Below, piece by piece: positions 8,969-18,690 of a stretch of 64,000 nt of DNA (position 1 is its first letter; every line of letters begins with the position of its first letter). Position numbers and translations under genes: made by a program. The notes below the pieces were generated by a model. That model saw only the letters and a list, made by a program, of their open reading frames with translations. It ran no database searches and was not told where the DNA came from. Source of the stretch: a virus; IMG/VR virus record IMGVR_UViG_3300006793_000018, positions 1-64,000 of that record; one strand, 5' to 3'.

Positions 8969-9703
8969 TTGATGTCAGCCCTTATCGCAGGGCATATGTT
9001 GATGGCATCAACCACTGCGCTTTATTCGTTGTATCGTGTATTGAAACCTTATCGCGTTGGGATATACGGTCCATCCTTGGTTGGCAAGACTACTCTCGAT
9101 CAGTATTTGACAGTCCCAGGTGATATTGAACCTATACCTTTGAATTTTCGCACAGCCCATCCTAAAGCGAAGACGCTAACTGGTTTCCAAGAGCCAAATG
9201 CTACCCGCAAGAAACTTCGATATAAACAAGAAAAAACTCCAGTTCAAACGGCAGATCTGGCGGGAGATCATATGTTTCGCAATTTGTGGGTCGATGATAT
9301 GTTTGGGCGAAAGGTTGAGTTGATCATTTACATGGTCGATCACAGATCATTAACATCTCCTCAGTTCGCAGCAGATGCTTCTGCGGGGTTGTCTTATTTG
9401 GTGGACAATATCATCAAACAAGATCTCAGCAAGAACATCTCTCGCAAGTCAAAGCGCAATTCAAAGAAATACACTCCTCGATTGTTTTGTTTGATGATCA
9501 ATAAGATCGATTTATGGTGGGATTCAAACGCTCAACAACTTTGGGAATACGGATTACAGAAGGAGCATCCTATTGTTGCCCCGTACAGAGATTCGTTGAA
9601 ACGTCTAAGGCGAGCCGGAATTAGGGCAGAAATCAAGGCAATATCATCTCAGCACGGCGTAAATGTCGAAAAATCATTGACTGAATTGCTTCAATCCATG
9701 TAG
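8969..9703 (+). CDS. Small Ras-superfamily GTPase, Arf/Sar1-like, with N-terminal hydrophobic helix
   Basis: G1 GPSLVGKTT, G3 DLAG followed by FRNLW, LIIYMVD strand, G4 NKID, G5 ISS.HG.NV. Confidence 0.85.
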   Translation: MMSALIAGHMLMASTTALYSLYRVLKPYRVGIYGPSLVGKTTLDQYLTVPGDIEPIPLNFRTAHPKAKTLTGFQEPNATRKKLRYKQEKTPVQTADLAGDHMFRNLWVDDMFGRKVELIIYMVDHRSLTSPQFAADASAGLSYLVDNIIKQDLSKNISRKSKRNSKKYTPRLFCLMINKIDLWWDSNAQQLWEYGLQKEHPIVAPYRDSLKRLRRAGIRAEIKAISSQHGVNVEKSLTELLQSM

Positions 9704-9713
9704 CGATGCCTTT

Positions 9714-10697
9714 ATGTTGCTGTCAACTATGGCAGGGTTAATGGCGTGGAATGCAAGTGCGTTCAACCCTTTCGGCGGGGGTATTTCTCTTCGTGGAATG
9801 AGCGACGAACAATTGAGGATTGTTGCTCAACAATCAGGAGTTTCGTATGATCTGTTGAAAACACAGCAACGTGCTGAGATGGCAAGTGCTGGTTCGACGG
9901 GAGATGTTGGCGATGAACAGTTGATTCCGACTGTCGAGATCCAATTGAAGTCCAACCCAAAAAACCCTGCAAAGGCACGAAAGAAAAACATCAAGATGCT
10001 TCGCAAGGCTTTGAGGCCACCATCTTATAACCTGGGTCTTTTCAAAATATACCGATACAATGCCGCTCACGAATGTGCTTGTTGCGGAGTTGACATTAGG
10101 CGATTCCTCGAAGGCGACAATGCATATGCACACATTGTCGATCAATCAACTGGGCTTTCCTTAGCAGACATTTATTGGTTTGATGAAGATACAGGAAATG
10201 CAAAAAAACCACTCGCACGGACACATGGAGATCATGGTGATGAAATGAACAGCACCCTCTGCCCCGCACACTTGCACATATACCACACACTGAGATCTAT
10301 CATGCAAGAGCATGAACTTGAGTCGCAGGGTTTCAAACGCTTTGCGAGTAAAGGAACCAAATTTACTAAGATTCCTGGAATGTCAACATTGATGCCTGGT
10401 GCATCCGCTGCTAAAAATCGAAGCACACCGGAATCTCTTCTCAAGTACGATCAGTTCTTCTCTATGATCCACAAAGATGCTCAACACAGCAAAGGAATAC
10501 ATTTGACACAATTGCCAAATCCCAGTACCGGAGTTGTTGATCTGGTACACATCACATTTGACCTAAGAGCAATTCAATCGGAAACGCTTTTGGCTCAAAG
10601 AAACTCTATGGGAATGGGCGTGAATATGCAGAATCAAATGAATAACGCTATAAATGCCTCTGGACAAGGCGTATTGACAGGAACTAACGAGGTGTGA
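9714..10697 (+). CDS. Hypothetical protein with Cys/His metal-binding cluster (probable start 9741)
   Basis: ECACCG ... HGDHG ... LCPAHLH; TTTATG at 9711 lies 30 nt before ATG 9741. Confidence 0.75.
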   Translation: MLLSTMAGLMAWNASAFNPFGGGISLRGMSDEQLRIVAQQSGVSYDLLKTQQRAEMASAGSTGDVGDEQLIPTVEIQLKSNPKNPAKARKKNIKMLRKALRPPSYNLGLFKIYRYNAAHECACCGVDIRRFLEGDNAYAHIVDQSTGLSLADIYWFDEDTGNAKKPLARTHGDHGDEMNSTLCPAHLHIYHTLRSIMQEHELESQGFKRFASKGTKFTKIPGMSTLMPGASAAKNRSTPESLLKYDQFFSMIHKDAQHSKGIHLTQLPNPSTGVVDLVHITFDLRAIQSETLLAQRNSMGMGVNMQNQMNNAINASGQGVLTGTNEV

Positions 10698-10700
10698 TTT

Positions 10701-11330
10701 ATGGGATGGTTTTCAAAAGGTGAAGCGCAACCAACTCAACAGTTTGGCGCACCGACGCAAATGGGTGGCATGTCTGGCATGGGAATGCCAATGGGAATGC
10801 AAATGGACCCGTCAATGATGGGGATGCAAATGGCTCAAAACCCAATGATGCAACAAATGGCAAGCGATCCTATTACCGCTACTGCACGTTTGCTTTCGCT
10901 AAATGATCCGTTGGCTCAGTTTATGACAACGCAAAATATGCCGTTGGTCATGGAGTTGATTGGGGAAATCGTTCGACTATCGATCAAGGAGTTTTTCTCT
11001 TCTGTTTCTTTCAAATTGGATGAGGCGACAGGTTTGCTAACATTGGATACTGCGAGTCTCCCTGCATCGATCAACACGATGTCTCCTGAGAATCTTGGAT
11101 TTACTATGACTCGATTGCAAGCGTCAGCGCAACAAACCTTGCAAATGAATGAACAACAAAGACAAATGTTCCTTCAAGCACACTCAATGGGCGGAATGAT
11201 GAATTCTCAACAACAACCAGGTTTCTTTGGAAGCCTCATTGGAGGAGTCCTTGGCAACCAAATGCAACAACAAGGTGGATTTGGTCAATCAGCCGCTAAG
11301 GTCGGCGCAATGGGGGCTGCTGTATTATGA
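10701..11330 (+). CDS. M/Q/G-rich protein with glycine-zipper-like C-terminus
   Basis: MGMPMGMQM repeats; GFFGSLIGGVLG and GAMGAAVL; SD GAGGTG. Confidence 0.75.
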   Translation: MGWFSKGEAQPTQQFGAPTQMGGMSGMGMPMGMQMDPSMMGMQMAQNPMMQQMASDPITATARLLSLNDPLAQFMTTQNMPLVMELIGEIVRLSIKEFFSSVSFKLDEATGLLTLDTASLPASINTMSPENLGFTMTRLQASAQQTLQMNEQQRQMFLQAHSMGGMMNSQQQPGFFGSLIGGVLGNQMQQQGGFGQSAAKVGAMGAAVL

Positions 11331-11578
11331 GCGACGAAGATGACATGAGGACGCCAAATCAAGCAAATGTGTACGGGCAAACCGTTGAATTGCTGAGTCC
11401 TAACAAAATGTTGGTCGAAAGTGCAACAATGATTTACATTCTCTCCTTTATGATCGCAATCTTTGTGATGCTGGTTTGGAAAGGAAGTTCGTTAAGTTCG
11501 GGACAAGTTTTGTTGGGTGCTTTAGGATTGATGTTCACTCTATCAATAGCAGTTCGACAGTTTGCTTCCTTTCGGTAG
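11327..11578 (+). CDS. Small 2-TM membrane protein (holin-like topology)
   Basis: MIYILSFMIAIFVMLVW and VLLGALGLMFTLSIAV. Confidence 0.7.
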   Translation: MSDEDDMRTPNQANVYGQTVELLSPNKMLVESATMIYILSFMIAIFVMLVWKGSSLSSGQVLLGALGLMFTLSIAVRQFASFR

Positions 11579-11591
11579 CCCCCCAAGTGAT

Positions 11592-11813
11592 ATGGGGCTT
11601 CGTGCTTACAACCCCTTGCCTTACAGCCCCGTGCTACGCCGGTTCGATCAAGACGGCGATGGCGACTTTGATTTGGAGGATGTAAAAATTCTTTTAGGCA
11701 AAAAAACCCTGTGCGGGGCCACGACAAGATCTGGACAGCCTTGCCAAAGCGCAGGGCATGAAAAATACAACAATCGATGCCATCAGCACAAAAGTGATGA
11801 CAAATCCAATTAA
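11592..11813 (+). CDS. Small protein with EF-hand-like loop and CCCH-type zinc knuckle
   Basis: DQDGDGDFDLED; CGATTRSGQPC...RCHQH. Confidence 0.65.
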   Translation: MGLRAYNPLPYSPVLRRFDQDGDGDFDLEDVKILLGKKTLCGATTRSGQPCQSAGHEKYNNRCHQHKSDDKSN

Positions 11814-11836
11814 GGGCGGCGGATGTGGGGCGAAAC

Positions 11837-12547
11837 ATGGCGGGACGACAGACTCGGAAGAATTGTCCATTCTGCCAACATCCTGATCGAGATTCATTGG
11901 AAGAAATGATTCGCAAGGGAATTCATGATGTCGAAGAAATTGATCGTTTGAATCAATGGGCAGATGGAACTTCCCACAGGCACATGCGGCGTCATTCGGG
12001 CGAATACTACAACAACAGCAATCATGATTGCCCATTGTGTACGGATCCTAACAGAGCCGAGATTGAAGCGGCTATTCTTGAGGGACACGCTGGAATCGAT
12101 GACTTTGCAACAGAGTTAGAGGTCGCAAGCAGTATCATTTCCAATCACATGGAAAAGCATACCAAGCCTATTATCCAACAACATGTGTCGATTGATGCTT
12201 TACCAACGGCAATGAAAAGCGTCCACGAATCATTGCAAAGGGTTGAAAAGAATTTGAATCGACTTGACCGATTGATGGGTCGTGTTCTTGATCATGTTGA
12301 AAATCAATTTGACGACGAAGACGAAATTGTCAATATGAGGGATGTCGAAACCGTTTTCAAGGGTCATCGTGAGATCCGTGATACTCTCCTCGAACTTGCA
12401 AAGTGGATGGATAAGGCAGAGTCGATTGATGAACGTCAGTCGGTTTCAGTCCTTACAGTCATGCAGGAGTATTTTGTTGAAAAATCACCGTCCGAATGGG
12501 CTGCTCTAAAATCAAGGCTGGTTTCCGCAGGGGTGATGAATGAATGA
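11837..12547 (+). CDS. Tandem Zn-HTH plus coiled-coil protein, candidate terminase small subunit
   Basis: Two repeats CPxCxxPxR..E...H M xxH, then coiled coil; position upstream of the head module. Confidence 0.55.
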   Translation: MAGRQTRKNCPFCQHPDRDSLEEMIRKGIHDVEEIDRLNQWADGTSHRHMRRHSGEYYNNSNHDCPLCTDPNRAEIEAAILEGHAGIDDFATELEVASSIISNHMEKHTKPIIQQHVSIDALPTAMKSVHESLQRVEKNLNRLDRLMGRVLDHVENQFDDEDEIVNMRDVETVFKGHREIRDTLLELAKWMDKAESIDERQSVSVLTVMQEYFVEKSPSEWAALKSRLVSAGVMNE

Positions 12548-12987
12548 AGACATTGGCTAAATTGATGTTGCGTGGAACTCATCACGATGAAATTTTGCAA
12601 TCGAACATCAGTAAAGAAGACCTAACAATTCAAGACGCAATTTCTTATTGTGACTCGGTTGATGCAGTAGTCAAGACGTGGCGAGACAGTATCGTTGAGC
12701 ATGGAATAAACGATCCAGATCATATTGTTGCAGAAGTGTATGGATCTCTTATCGTGTGCAGAATGCTGTTTGACGACTTAAAAATTCTAAAAACAAATCC
12801 AAAGGCAGATTGCATTGCTCTTTTGGATGCAACACAAGTCATCAGCGCATTGAAGCAAGCAATGCTGCCCATGTCTAAATCATATGCAAAAACCCCAACA
12901 TTGTGCCAATGGTACATGACTTTGGGTAATGAGATCGATATTTCGTATCGAGAAATTCGCAGGAGGTTGAAGAATGGTAGCAAGTAA
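12544..12987 (+). CDS. Hypothetical protein
   Basis: 147 aa ORF within the operon, SD GGGGTGA. Confidence 0.7.
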   Translation: MKTLAKLMLRGTHHDEILQSNISKEDLTIQDAISYCDSVDAVVKTWRDSIVEHGINDPDHIVAEVYGSLIVCRMLFDDLKILKTNPKADCIALLDATQVISALKQAMLPMSKSYAKTPTLCQWYMTLGNEIDISYREIRRRLKNGSK

Positions 12988-14485
12988 TCCAAGAGAACCA
13001 TTGTTGTGGACGCCTCGAACACAAGAAATGACTGGAGGTTTCAATCCACGTGAAGTTCTTGATCATGACATAAATCCAAATGAGGATGGCGATGGTCTAT
13101 CGCATCACACCAGGCAAACGCCAGAAGATAGCGAGAGTCATGATCAGCGTGATCCACAAAAACGCCGAGAACGAGCGATTCGTGAACTGGCATCCAAAAT
13201 ACCTCATGTGAGTCTTAAACCCGAAAAGATTGACGAAACATTGGGGCGAAGCCCAATGATGGAGCAAGAGCAGCGCATGTTGGAATCGGGCATGATTGAT
13301 ATGAACCGAGGGGGGATGGGACTATCTGCTGGTGCAAATGTTGGTTCAGTTCGTAGTGAGGGGCCAAATGTAAAATTTGGAACTCAAAATTCTGTTGTTC
13401 CCTTCATGCTTGGAAAAAGCGTGTTTGACAATTATGTTCGTTGCGAAGATTGTGGGAGAAAACTTTCAATCGATCCTCTTGGGAGTGGGCCTAATCGAAA
13501 AAAACTCATATGCTCTATTTGTGCCGCTAAAGCAAGAGGCGAGAAGACTGTTGCAATGAAACCAGGTCAAGAGGAATACGCTAAAAGGATACAAGACAGT
13601 ATGCCTTATGATCATGAATGGCAGGAAAAGAACACAAGTGAAGATGATCCGTTCCAAATTGCATATGACAGTATTTTGAAGGCTCGACGCAAGTATAAAG
13701 GGCGACGTTATACTGATGACGAAGAATCCGATGAAGAGGAGCGCAAGGCTAAGAAAAAGAACAAGCGCAAGAAAAAGCGTGGCAAGAAGGGCGTAAAGTC
13801 TGCCCGTGGTGGACGGCAACCAAAATCTGCAACAAAGCGAAGAAGTGCAGCGGTTCAACTTCAACTTGATCGAGAATCAAGACACCAAGCATTCCACCCC
13901 AATGTTCGTAGCCACGCTCTTAGGAATTTAGGGGCGACGAGATCAGAGGGCATTCCTCTGCGTCTTCGAGATCCTGTGGCATGGGAGCGAAAGAAAGCAT
14001 ACGAAAGGATGCGAAGGGCGCAGGGATCATTGCCACGTGGATTGACTCAACACGCTGACACCAGAGGAACTGGTAAATTGGGTATGACGATTGGTGGAAC
14101 CAAAGGTACATCGACAAAACTCCCTACTGTTTCCCGCATGGGTACAAGCACCAAGCCAAAACGCTTGAGTCGAGGTGCGGCAGGAGATCCTTTAGGAACA
14201 AGCGACCCTCTCTTTGCAAAATCAAAAGGCGGTGGTATCGCTTCAATAACGAGATCGGAATTCATGACCATGAAACGGAAAATTGAGTCGCTGATGAGGA
14301 AATTAAACAAGTTGACTAAAGCAACACCTGAACTCGACAACGCAGCAAAGGTTGGGGCCGTTGTTAGTGGCGATGAATCATCATCTCCTGAAGGAGGAAC
14401 TAAGAGTCACATGAAGGGCGAACCACCATACCGATTCATAGACAGACAAGCCGCAACTGAGATTGGGCTTGTAGGCAAGTATTGA
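12974..14485 (+). CDS. Basic low-complexity protein with Zn ribbon and internal leader-like motif; putative internal virion protein
   Basis: CEDC..CSIC; poly K/R tract; internal DPFQIAYDSILK|A. Confidence 0.7.
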   Translation: MVASNPREPLLWTPRTQEMTGGFNPREVLDHDINPNEDGDGLSHHTRQTPEDSESHDQRDPQKRRERAIRELASKIPHVSLKPEKIDETLGRSPMMEQEQRMLESGMIDMNRGGMGLSAGANVGSVRSEGPNVKFGTQNSVVPFMLGKSVFDNYVRCEDCGRKLSIDPLGSGPNRKKLICSICAAKARGEKTVAMKPGQEEYAKRIQDSMPYDHEWQEKNTSEDDPFQIAYDSILKARRKYKGRRYTDDEESDEEERKAKKKNKRKKKRGKKGVKSARGGRQPKSATKRRSAAVQLQLDRESRHQAFHPNVRSHALRNLGATRSEGIPLRLRDPVAWERKKAYERMRRAQGSLPRGLTQHADTRGTGKLGMTIGGTKGTSTKLPTVSRMGTSTKPKRLSRGAAGDPLGTSDPLFAKSKGGGIASITRSEFMTMKRKIESLMRKLNKLTKATPELDNAAKVGAVVSGDESSSPEGGTKSHMKGEPPYRFIDRQAATEIGLVGKY

Positions 14486-14495
14486 CGGTGATATT

Positions 14496-16322
14496 ATGCC
14501 TTGGATTGATTTGGATCAATTTTTAATTCGTAAAGGAGAAGGTGTATTCAACATTTACGATTTTATCAATGCAATGCTTGGCGCAGGTAGCGTTGCTGAG
14601 GGATTCAATAACTTGGAACAAAGCCACCACGATCTTGATCACGATGATTTCACTGGAGTTGAATCCGACGCAGTAAAGATTGCTATCGAACGAGGATTGG
14701 TTGACTCCAGCATAGCCAGCATCGTCAACGAAGGTCCAGATCCTCAAAAGCCACAGCGTTGGCAATTCGCCTTCATCAAAGCAATGGAGGCAGGTGCGCC
14801 GATCATAAATGAGGCTATACGCCGAACAAACATAATCAATGAGCAACAGGCTAAGACAAACGGAAATCAATTTATTCCAATACCTGATGCGTTCGTAACC
14901 GATCCACAACAAAGAAGGAAGTTCAAAGTGACCGATGCATGGATGGGTTCAGTTCAAGGATTCAAACAAGATGGAACGACTCATGATAAATTTGGTCAAT
15001 TGATCACCCAATATGTCAGTAAAAATACAAGAAAAGCCGAATCTTATGCCAGACCCTATTGGAAAGGTTTGCATCAAGAACGAAGTGAACGAAGCGGCGG
15101 CATGAAGACGCCGACTCCAAGCAAAGAAATACGACCAGGACTTCTTCATACCGACACGTTGTATTTCAAGGATCATGGATTGAAATTTCCACTTGGTCAA
15201 ACAATCATAGACTTGAAGAATCAAAACCCAGGGTTGCCTATGGAGCAATTGCAAGCAATGGCTCTTGAAGCGTTGAAGCAGATGCCTCAATTCCGCAAAC
15301 ATGCAGGTCTTCGTCATACGGGCGGAATACAATATGGAAAATACTCCGAATCTGGTATCCAACAGATGATGGCTGAGGAAGTTGAAAATGTGTCGGGCAT
15401 GGCATCGGATCCAAATGTGAATTACGAACAGTTCCTCCATCCAGATCTCCATGGGGACAAGTGGATGGGGTATCAATCCAACTCTCATTATCATGGCAGA
15501 AATTCATCGGATCCTATGCCAAGGGACAAAAAGACCATTGAAAATTTGAAAAACAAACACGGTTGGTCGGATGAAGATGTCGCTAATGTTTTCGCTGATG
15601 CTCACAGTGGGAACTACAAAGGGTCAAAACAAAGTAAGATCTTACAAGCAATTCATGCAAAAGAGATGGCGGATGGAAAGCCTCCAACATGGGTCAATGA
15701 AAACTCACAAATCCCACCAGGCGGAGCAATTTCTTCACCTGTTCCCACACCTACCCCCAACGATGGCAGAATGACGCCAAATAGACCGAGCGGTCAAACA
15801 TTGCAAACCCAACCCCCTGTCACGACAGAGGAGTCTGCAAATGTTCCTATGAATCCAGAACCAGACGTTCCTCGTCCAAATCCTCACACGCTTGGAGCAT
15901 TACCCGTTCCTTCAAATCCTGCACCAAAACCAATTCCACAACCCAACGCTTATGCCTCACAACCAATTGCGTCAAGATTGTCAGGGGAGAAAAGTCGGAT
16001 GGGTCGATTGATGAATACACTTGGATACCACTATGAATCATTATTTCCTAATTTCAATAAATCGGAGAATGATGACGATGAAACAATTCTCAAAAATATG
16101 CTGGAGGATGTCCAAATGAGAATTGCAAAAGAGGAGATCTCAACTCAAAAACTCTCGATCCATTCCATGACTGATGTCAATGCGGTTGCAAATCAAATGA
16201 ATCGACCGCCAAGCGACATCATCACAATTGTTCACAGTCGAGGAGATTGGAATAGCCTTGCTAAATCATTCAGCCTACGACACGATGAAATTCAAACGGT
16301 AAAGGTGATGTTCGATGAATGA
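14496..16322 (+). CDS. Hypothetical protein with Pro-rich linker; putative internal virion protein
   Basis: 608 aa ORF, SD GGTGA. Confidence 0.7.
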   Translation: MPWIDLDQFLIRKGEGVFNIYDFINAMLGAGSVAEGFNNLEQSHHDLDHDDFTGVESDAVKIAIERGLVDSSIASIVNEGPDPQKPQRWQFAFIKAMEAGAPIINEAIRRTNIINEQQAKTNGNQFIPIPDAFVTDPQQRRKFKVTDAWMGSVQGFKQDGTTHDKFGQLITQYVSKNTRKAESYARPYWKGLHQERSERSGGMKTPTPSKEIRPGLLHTDTLYFKDHGLKFPLGQTIIDLKNQNPGLPMEQLQAMALEALKQMPQFRKHAGLRHTGGIQYGKYSESGIQQMMAEEVENVSGMASDPNVNYEQFLHPDLHGDKWMGYQSNSHYHGRNSSDPMPRDKKTIENLKNKHGWSDEDVANVFADAHSGNYKGSKQSKILQAIHAKEMADGKPPTWVNENSQIPPGGAISSPVPTPTPNDGRMTPNRPSGQTLQTQPPVTTEESANVPMNPEPDVPRPNPHTLGALPVPSNPAPKPIPQPNAYASQPIASRLSGEKSRMGRLMNTLGYHYESLFPNFNKSENDDDETILKNMLEDVQMRIAKEEISTQKLSIHSMTDVNAVANQMNRPPSDIITIVHSRGDWNSLAKSFSLRHDEIQTVKVMFDE

Positions 16323-17265
16323 TTTGATACTACAAGCACGACTATATGAGCAAGGTGTTGAGAAGGCGTTGCCAGCGGTGATGGGGAAGGAAACCAATCC
16401 TATCGCAAATGTTGCCCGTTCAGTCAGGGAGGGGATGTCCTACGGTCAAGCGCAAAGAGTTGGTGAGCAAAAGAGAGCGGGTCGGTTTGCAAAGAAAAGA
16501 ATCGCTTCGGATATGAAAAACCTTGCAGCAGGGACTCCCACGACAGGAAGCGGAAAAGAAGTCTCACAGATGGCTGGCGCACCTTTCCCAGATGGAACAA
16601 GTGTGGATCCTGCACAAAGAGGGCCTACTGAAGCAGACGTTGGAAACGTGGCCGATGAAATGGCTAAACGGAAAACAACACCCGCTGCACCTGCTGCGCC
16701 TCCTGCCGATCAAGCGACTCAACAGGCTCCAGCAGCCAATCAAAATCAACAGGCTCCAGCAACAAATGTTGTTGACACCACGGGCGCAGGTGGAGCCAAT
16801 GGAAACCCCGCTATGCCTGATACGGTGGATGAGAAAACCACGACAACCTTGAATGCAGATGGATCTCCGCAAGAAGTCAAAACAACGACTACAAACACAT
16901 TGAATCCTGAAGTCCAAAATATGGCTCAAAAATTCCAAGCGGGACAGGATATGCAAACGATTCAGCAAGGAAAAGGTGCTGAAAAGAAAGGTTATTTTGG
17001 AGGAAGATCTGGTTTAGGAATGCTTGCAGATGTTGCTACTTTGGGCGCAACATCCCAATTCGGATCCACCGGCGGTATTGCTCGACGGAAAGCCAACAAA
17101 CAATCGGATCAACAGACTCAACAATACAATCAAGCCCAAGGACGAATGAACCAAAGAAACATGGGAATGTCGCCTATTATGACTTCCCATGATCGACTTG
17201 CAAGCGCATTGCTGATTCGCAAGTCAATCCAAGAGCGAAATACAACGCGCAATCTTCGTAGGTGA
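16315..17265 (+). CDS. Low-complexity A/Q/T/G-rich protein; putative internal virion protein
   Basis: 316 aa; GVEK|A and LIRK|S motifs. Confidence 0.7.
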   Translation: MNDLILQARLYEQGVEKALPAVMGKETNPIANVARSVREGMSYGQAQRVGEQKRAGRFAKKRIASDMKNLAAGTPTTGSGKEVSQMAGAPFPDGTSVDPAQRGPTEADVGNVADEMAKRKTTPAAPAAPPADQATQQAPAANQNQQAPATNVVDTTGAGGANGNPAMPDTVDEKTTTTLNADGSPQEVKTTTTNTLNPEVQNMAQKFQAGQDMQTIQQGKGAEKKGYFGGRSGLGMLADVATLGATSQFGSTGGIARRKANKQSDQQTQQYNQAQGRMNQRNMGMSPIMTSHDRLASALLIRKSIQERNTTRNLRR

Positions 17266-17269
17266 TCTT

Positions 17270-18685
17270 ATGACCGATTCATTTGAGGATGCATGGGTCT
17301 CTGTTGAGAAGGCAGCATTTGGAAGAGGCCGTGATCGAAGGCGTCAAGAAGCCTATGCTCGCGCTCCAGAGATGATGAGGCGGTTCAAGGCCATGCGAGA
17401 TATGCAACAAGGCGTAAATCCAAACAGGCCAACTCCTCGACGAAGACCAACTCGAAGATCTGCATCATCCGCCCCTCCCGCTGCTCCACCTCGAAGAAGG
17501 CCGACTCGACGTCGAGCAACTCGAAGATCTGCACAATCCTCCCCTCCCCCATCTCCAACTGAAACCCCTCCAACTACTACATTGACACCACGGCTTCCAA
17601 CGCTCATTCCAATAGAAGAGGAAGAAATCTCTCCTCAAATACCAGACAGTCTCCAATACCCTGAATCACCAACCGATTTGGATGTTCTTGATCGGCAAGA
17701 AAATGATGCCGATTTTGGCCTATACAACGAGCCACACGTTGATATTGCCTACAAAAATGGGGAAGTCAAACAAATGCCCCTTGAAGATTTCAGATGGGCA
17801 GACATGACCGATATTCGAGATGTGGAAACTATTTTTCAATCCGATGAAGACGGAGAGATGAAACTAATTTTTGAGGCTCCAAAAGAGAAAGAAATTGAAA
17901 CCCCCGCATCCGAAGTCATCGAACCAACCGAGGGCGTTGTTGAAGCCGTAAATGAAATGAAACCTTTGCAATCCGATATGGCAGGTCTTCCCAAGAAACC
18001 AAACAAGAATCTTGCAAATGTGATCAAACCATTGATGACGGAAGGCATTGCCAATGCAATCGGACCTGCTGAGAACCGTGATAAAGTGATCGCACGTATG
18101 CAACGAAAGAAAGCCAAGCCAACTGCTTCAAAACAACCAACGCCGCCTTCCGATGCTGAGGAAAAAAAACCTGTTGAAGGCAAAACAGATCCTGTGGCGC
18201 AAGCGGCAAAGAAAAGATTGAAACCAAAAAACAGAGGAAAGACGGGAATGACAATGGCTGATTTGAATCCGAAGGAAGAAACCATCGATCCATCAAAAAA
18301 GGTTGAAGAATCAATCAAGCCACTCACCTCTCAACCAAACACAAGTACCGAAGTTCCTCGCTTAGGATCTCGCCCAAGTCGTGAAGACGTCTTGGAAGTC
18401 ATTGATTTAGTAGGGCTTGGAAATAAAGAAGCATATACTCAACTGTACGGTGCTTTGGGAGATTTGGAAGATATGGGGTCGGATCTTTTACCACAAGCAG
18501 CGGATATTATCGAGGAATACAAGGCAATGGAAAAACACAGGCGAAAGAAACGTCGAGACACGCAATCCAGTGAACGAAAAAACGCCAAAAATCTTTCCAA
18601 ACCTTTGACTGACGGAAAAGAAAAGGGAAAATTGACCTCTGATGACTTGGCTGCTCGACTTCTCAACCGTGGAAAAAAGGATTGA
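17270..18685 (+). CDS. Leader-bearing (MTDSFEDAWVSVEK|A) protein with Arg-rich repeats
   Basis: 471 aa; RRPTRR repeats, acidic and K-rich regions; SD GGTGA. Confidence 0.72.
   Translation: MTDSFEDAWVSVEKAAFGRGRDRRRQEAYARAPEMMRRFKAMRDMQQGVNPNRPTPRRRPTRRSASSAPPAAPPRRRPTRRRATRRSAQSSPPPSPTETPPTTTLTPRLPTLIPIEEEEISPQIPDSLQYPESPTDLDVLDRQENDADFGLYNEPHVDIAYKNGEVKQMPLEDFRWADMTDIRDVETIFQSDEDGEMKLIFEAPKEKEIETPASEVIEPTEGVVEAVNEMKPLQSDMAGLPKKPNKNLANVIKPLMTEGIANAIGPAENRDKVIARMQRKKAKPTASKQPTPPSDAEEKKPVEGKTDPVAQAAKKRLKPKNRGKTGMTMADLNPKEETIDPSKKVEESIKPLTSQPNTSTEVPRLGSRPSREDVLEVIDLVGLGNKEAYTQLYGALGDLEDMGSDLLPQAADIIEEYKAMEKHRRKKRRDTQSSERKNAKNLSKPLTDGKEKGKLTSDDLAARLLNRGKKD
17427..17550 (+). repeat. Imperfect 69-bp tandem duplication encoding RR(P/A)TRRSA..PP
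   Basis: caactcgaagatctgca at 17448-17464 and 17517-17533. Confidence 0.7.
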
Positions 18686-18690
18686 GATGA

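Noticed and set aside
10701-10730. N-myristoylation signal (MGWFSK) next to an Arf-like GTPase
   Set aside because: N-myristoyltransferase is not known in archaea, and MGWF/MGLF starts are common in viral proteins.
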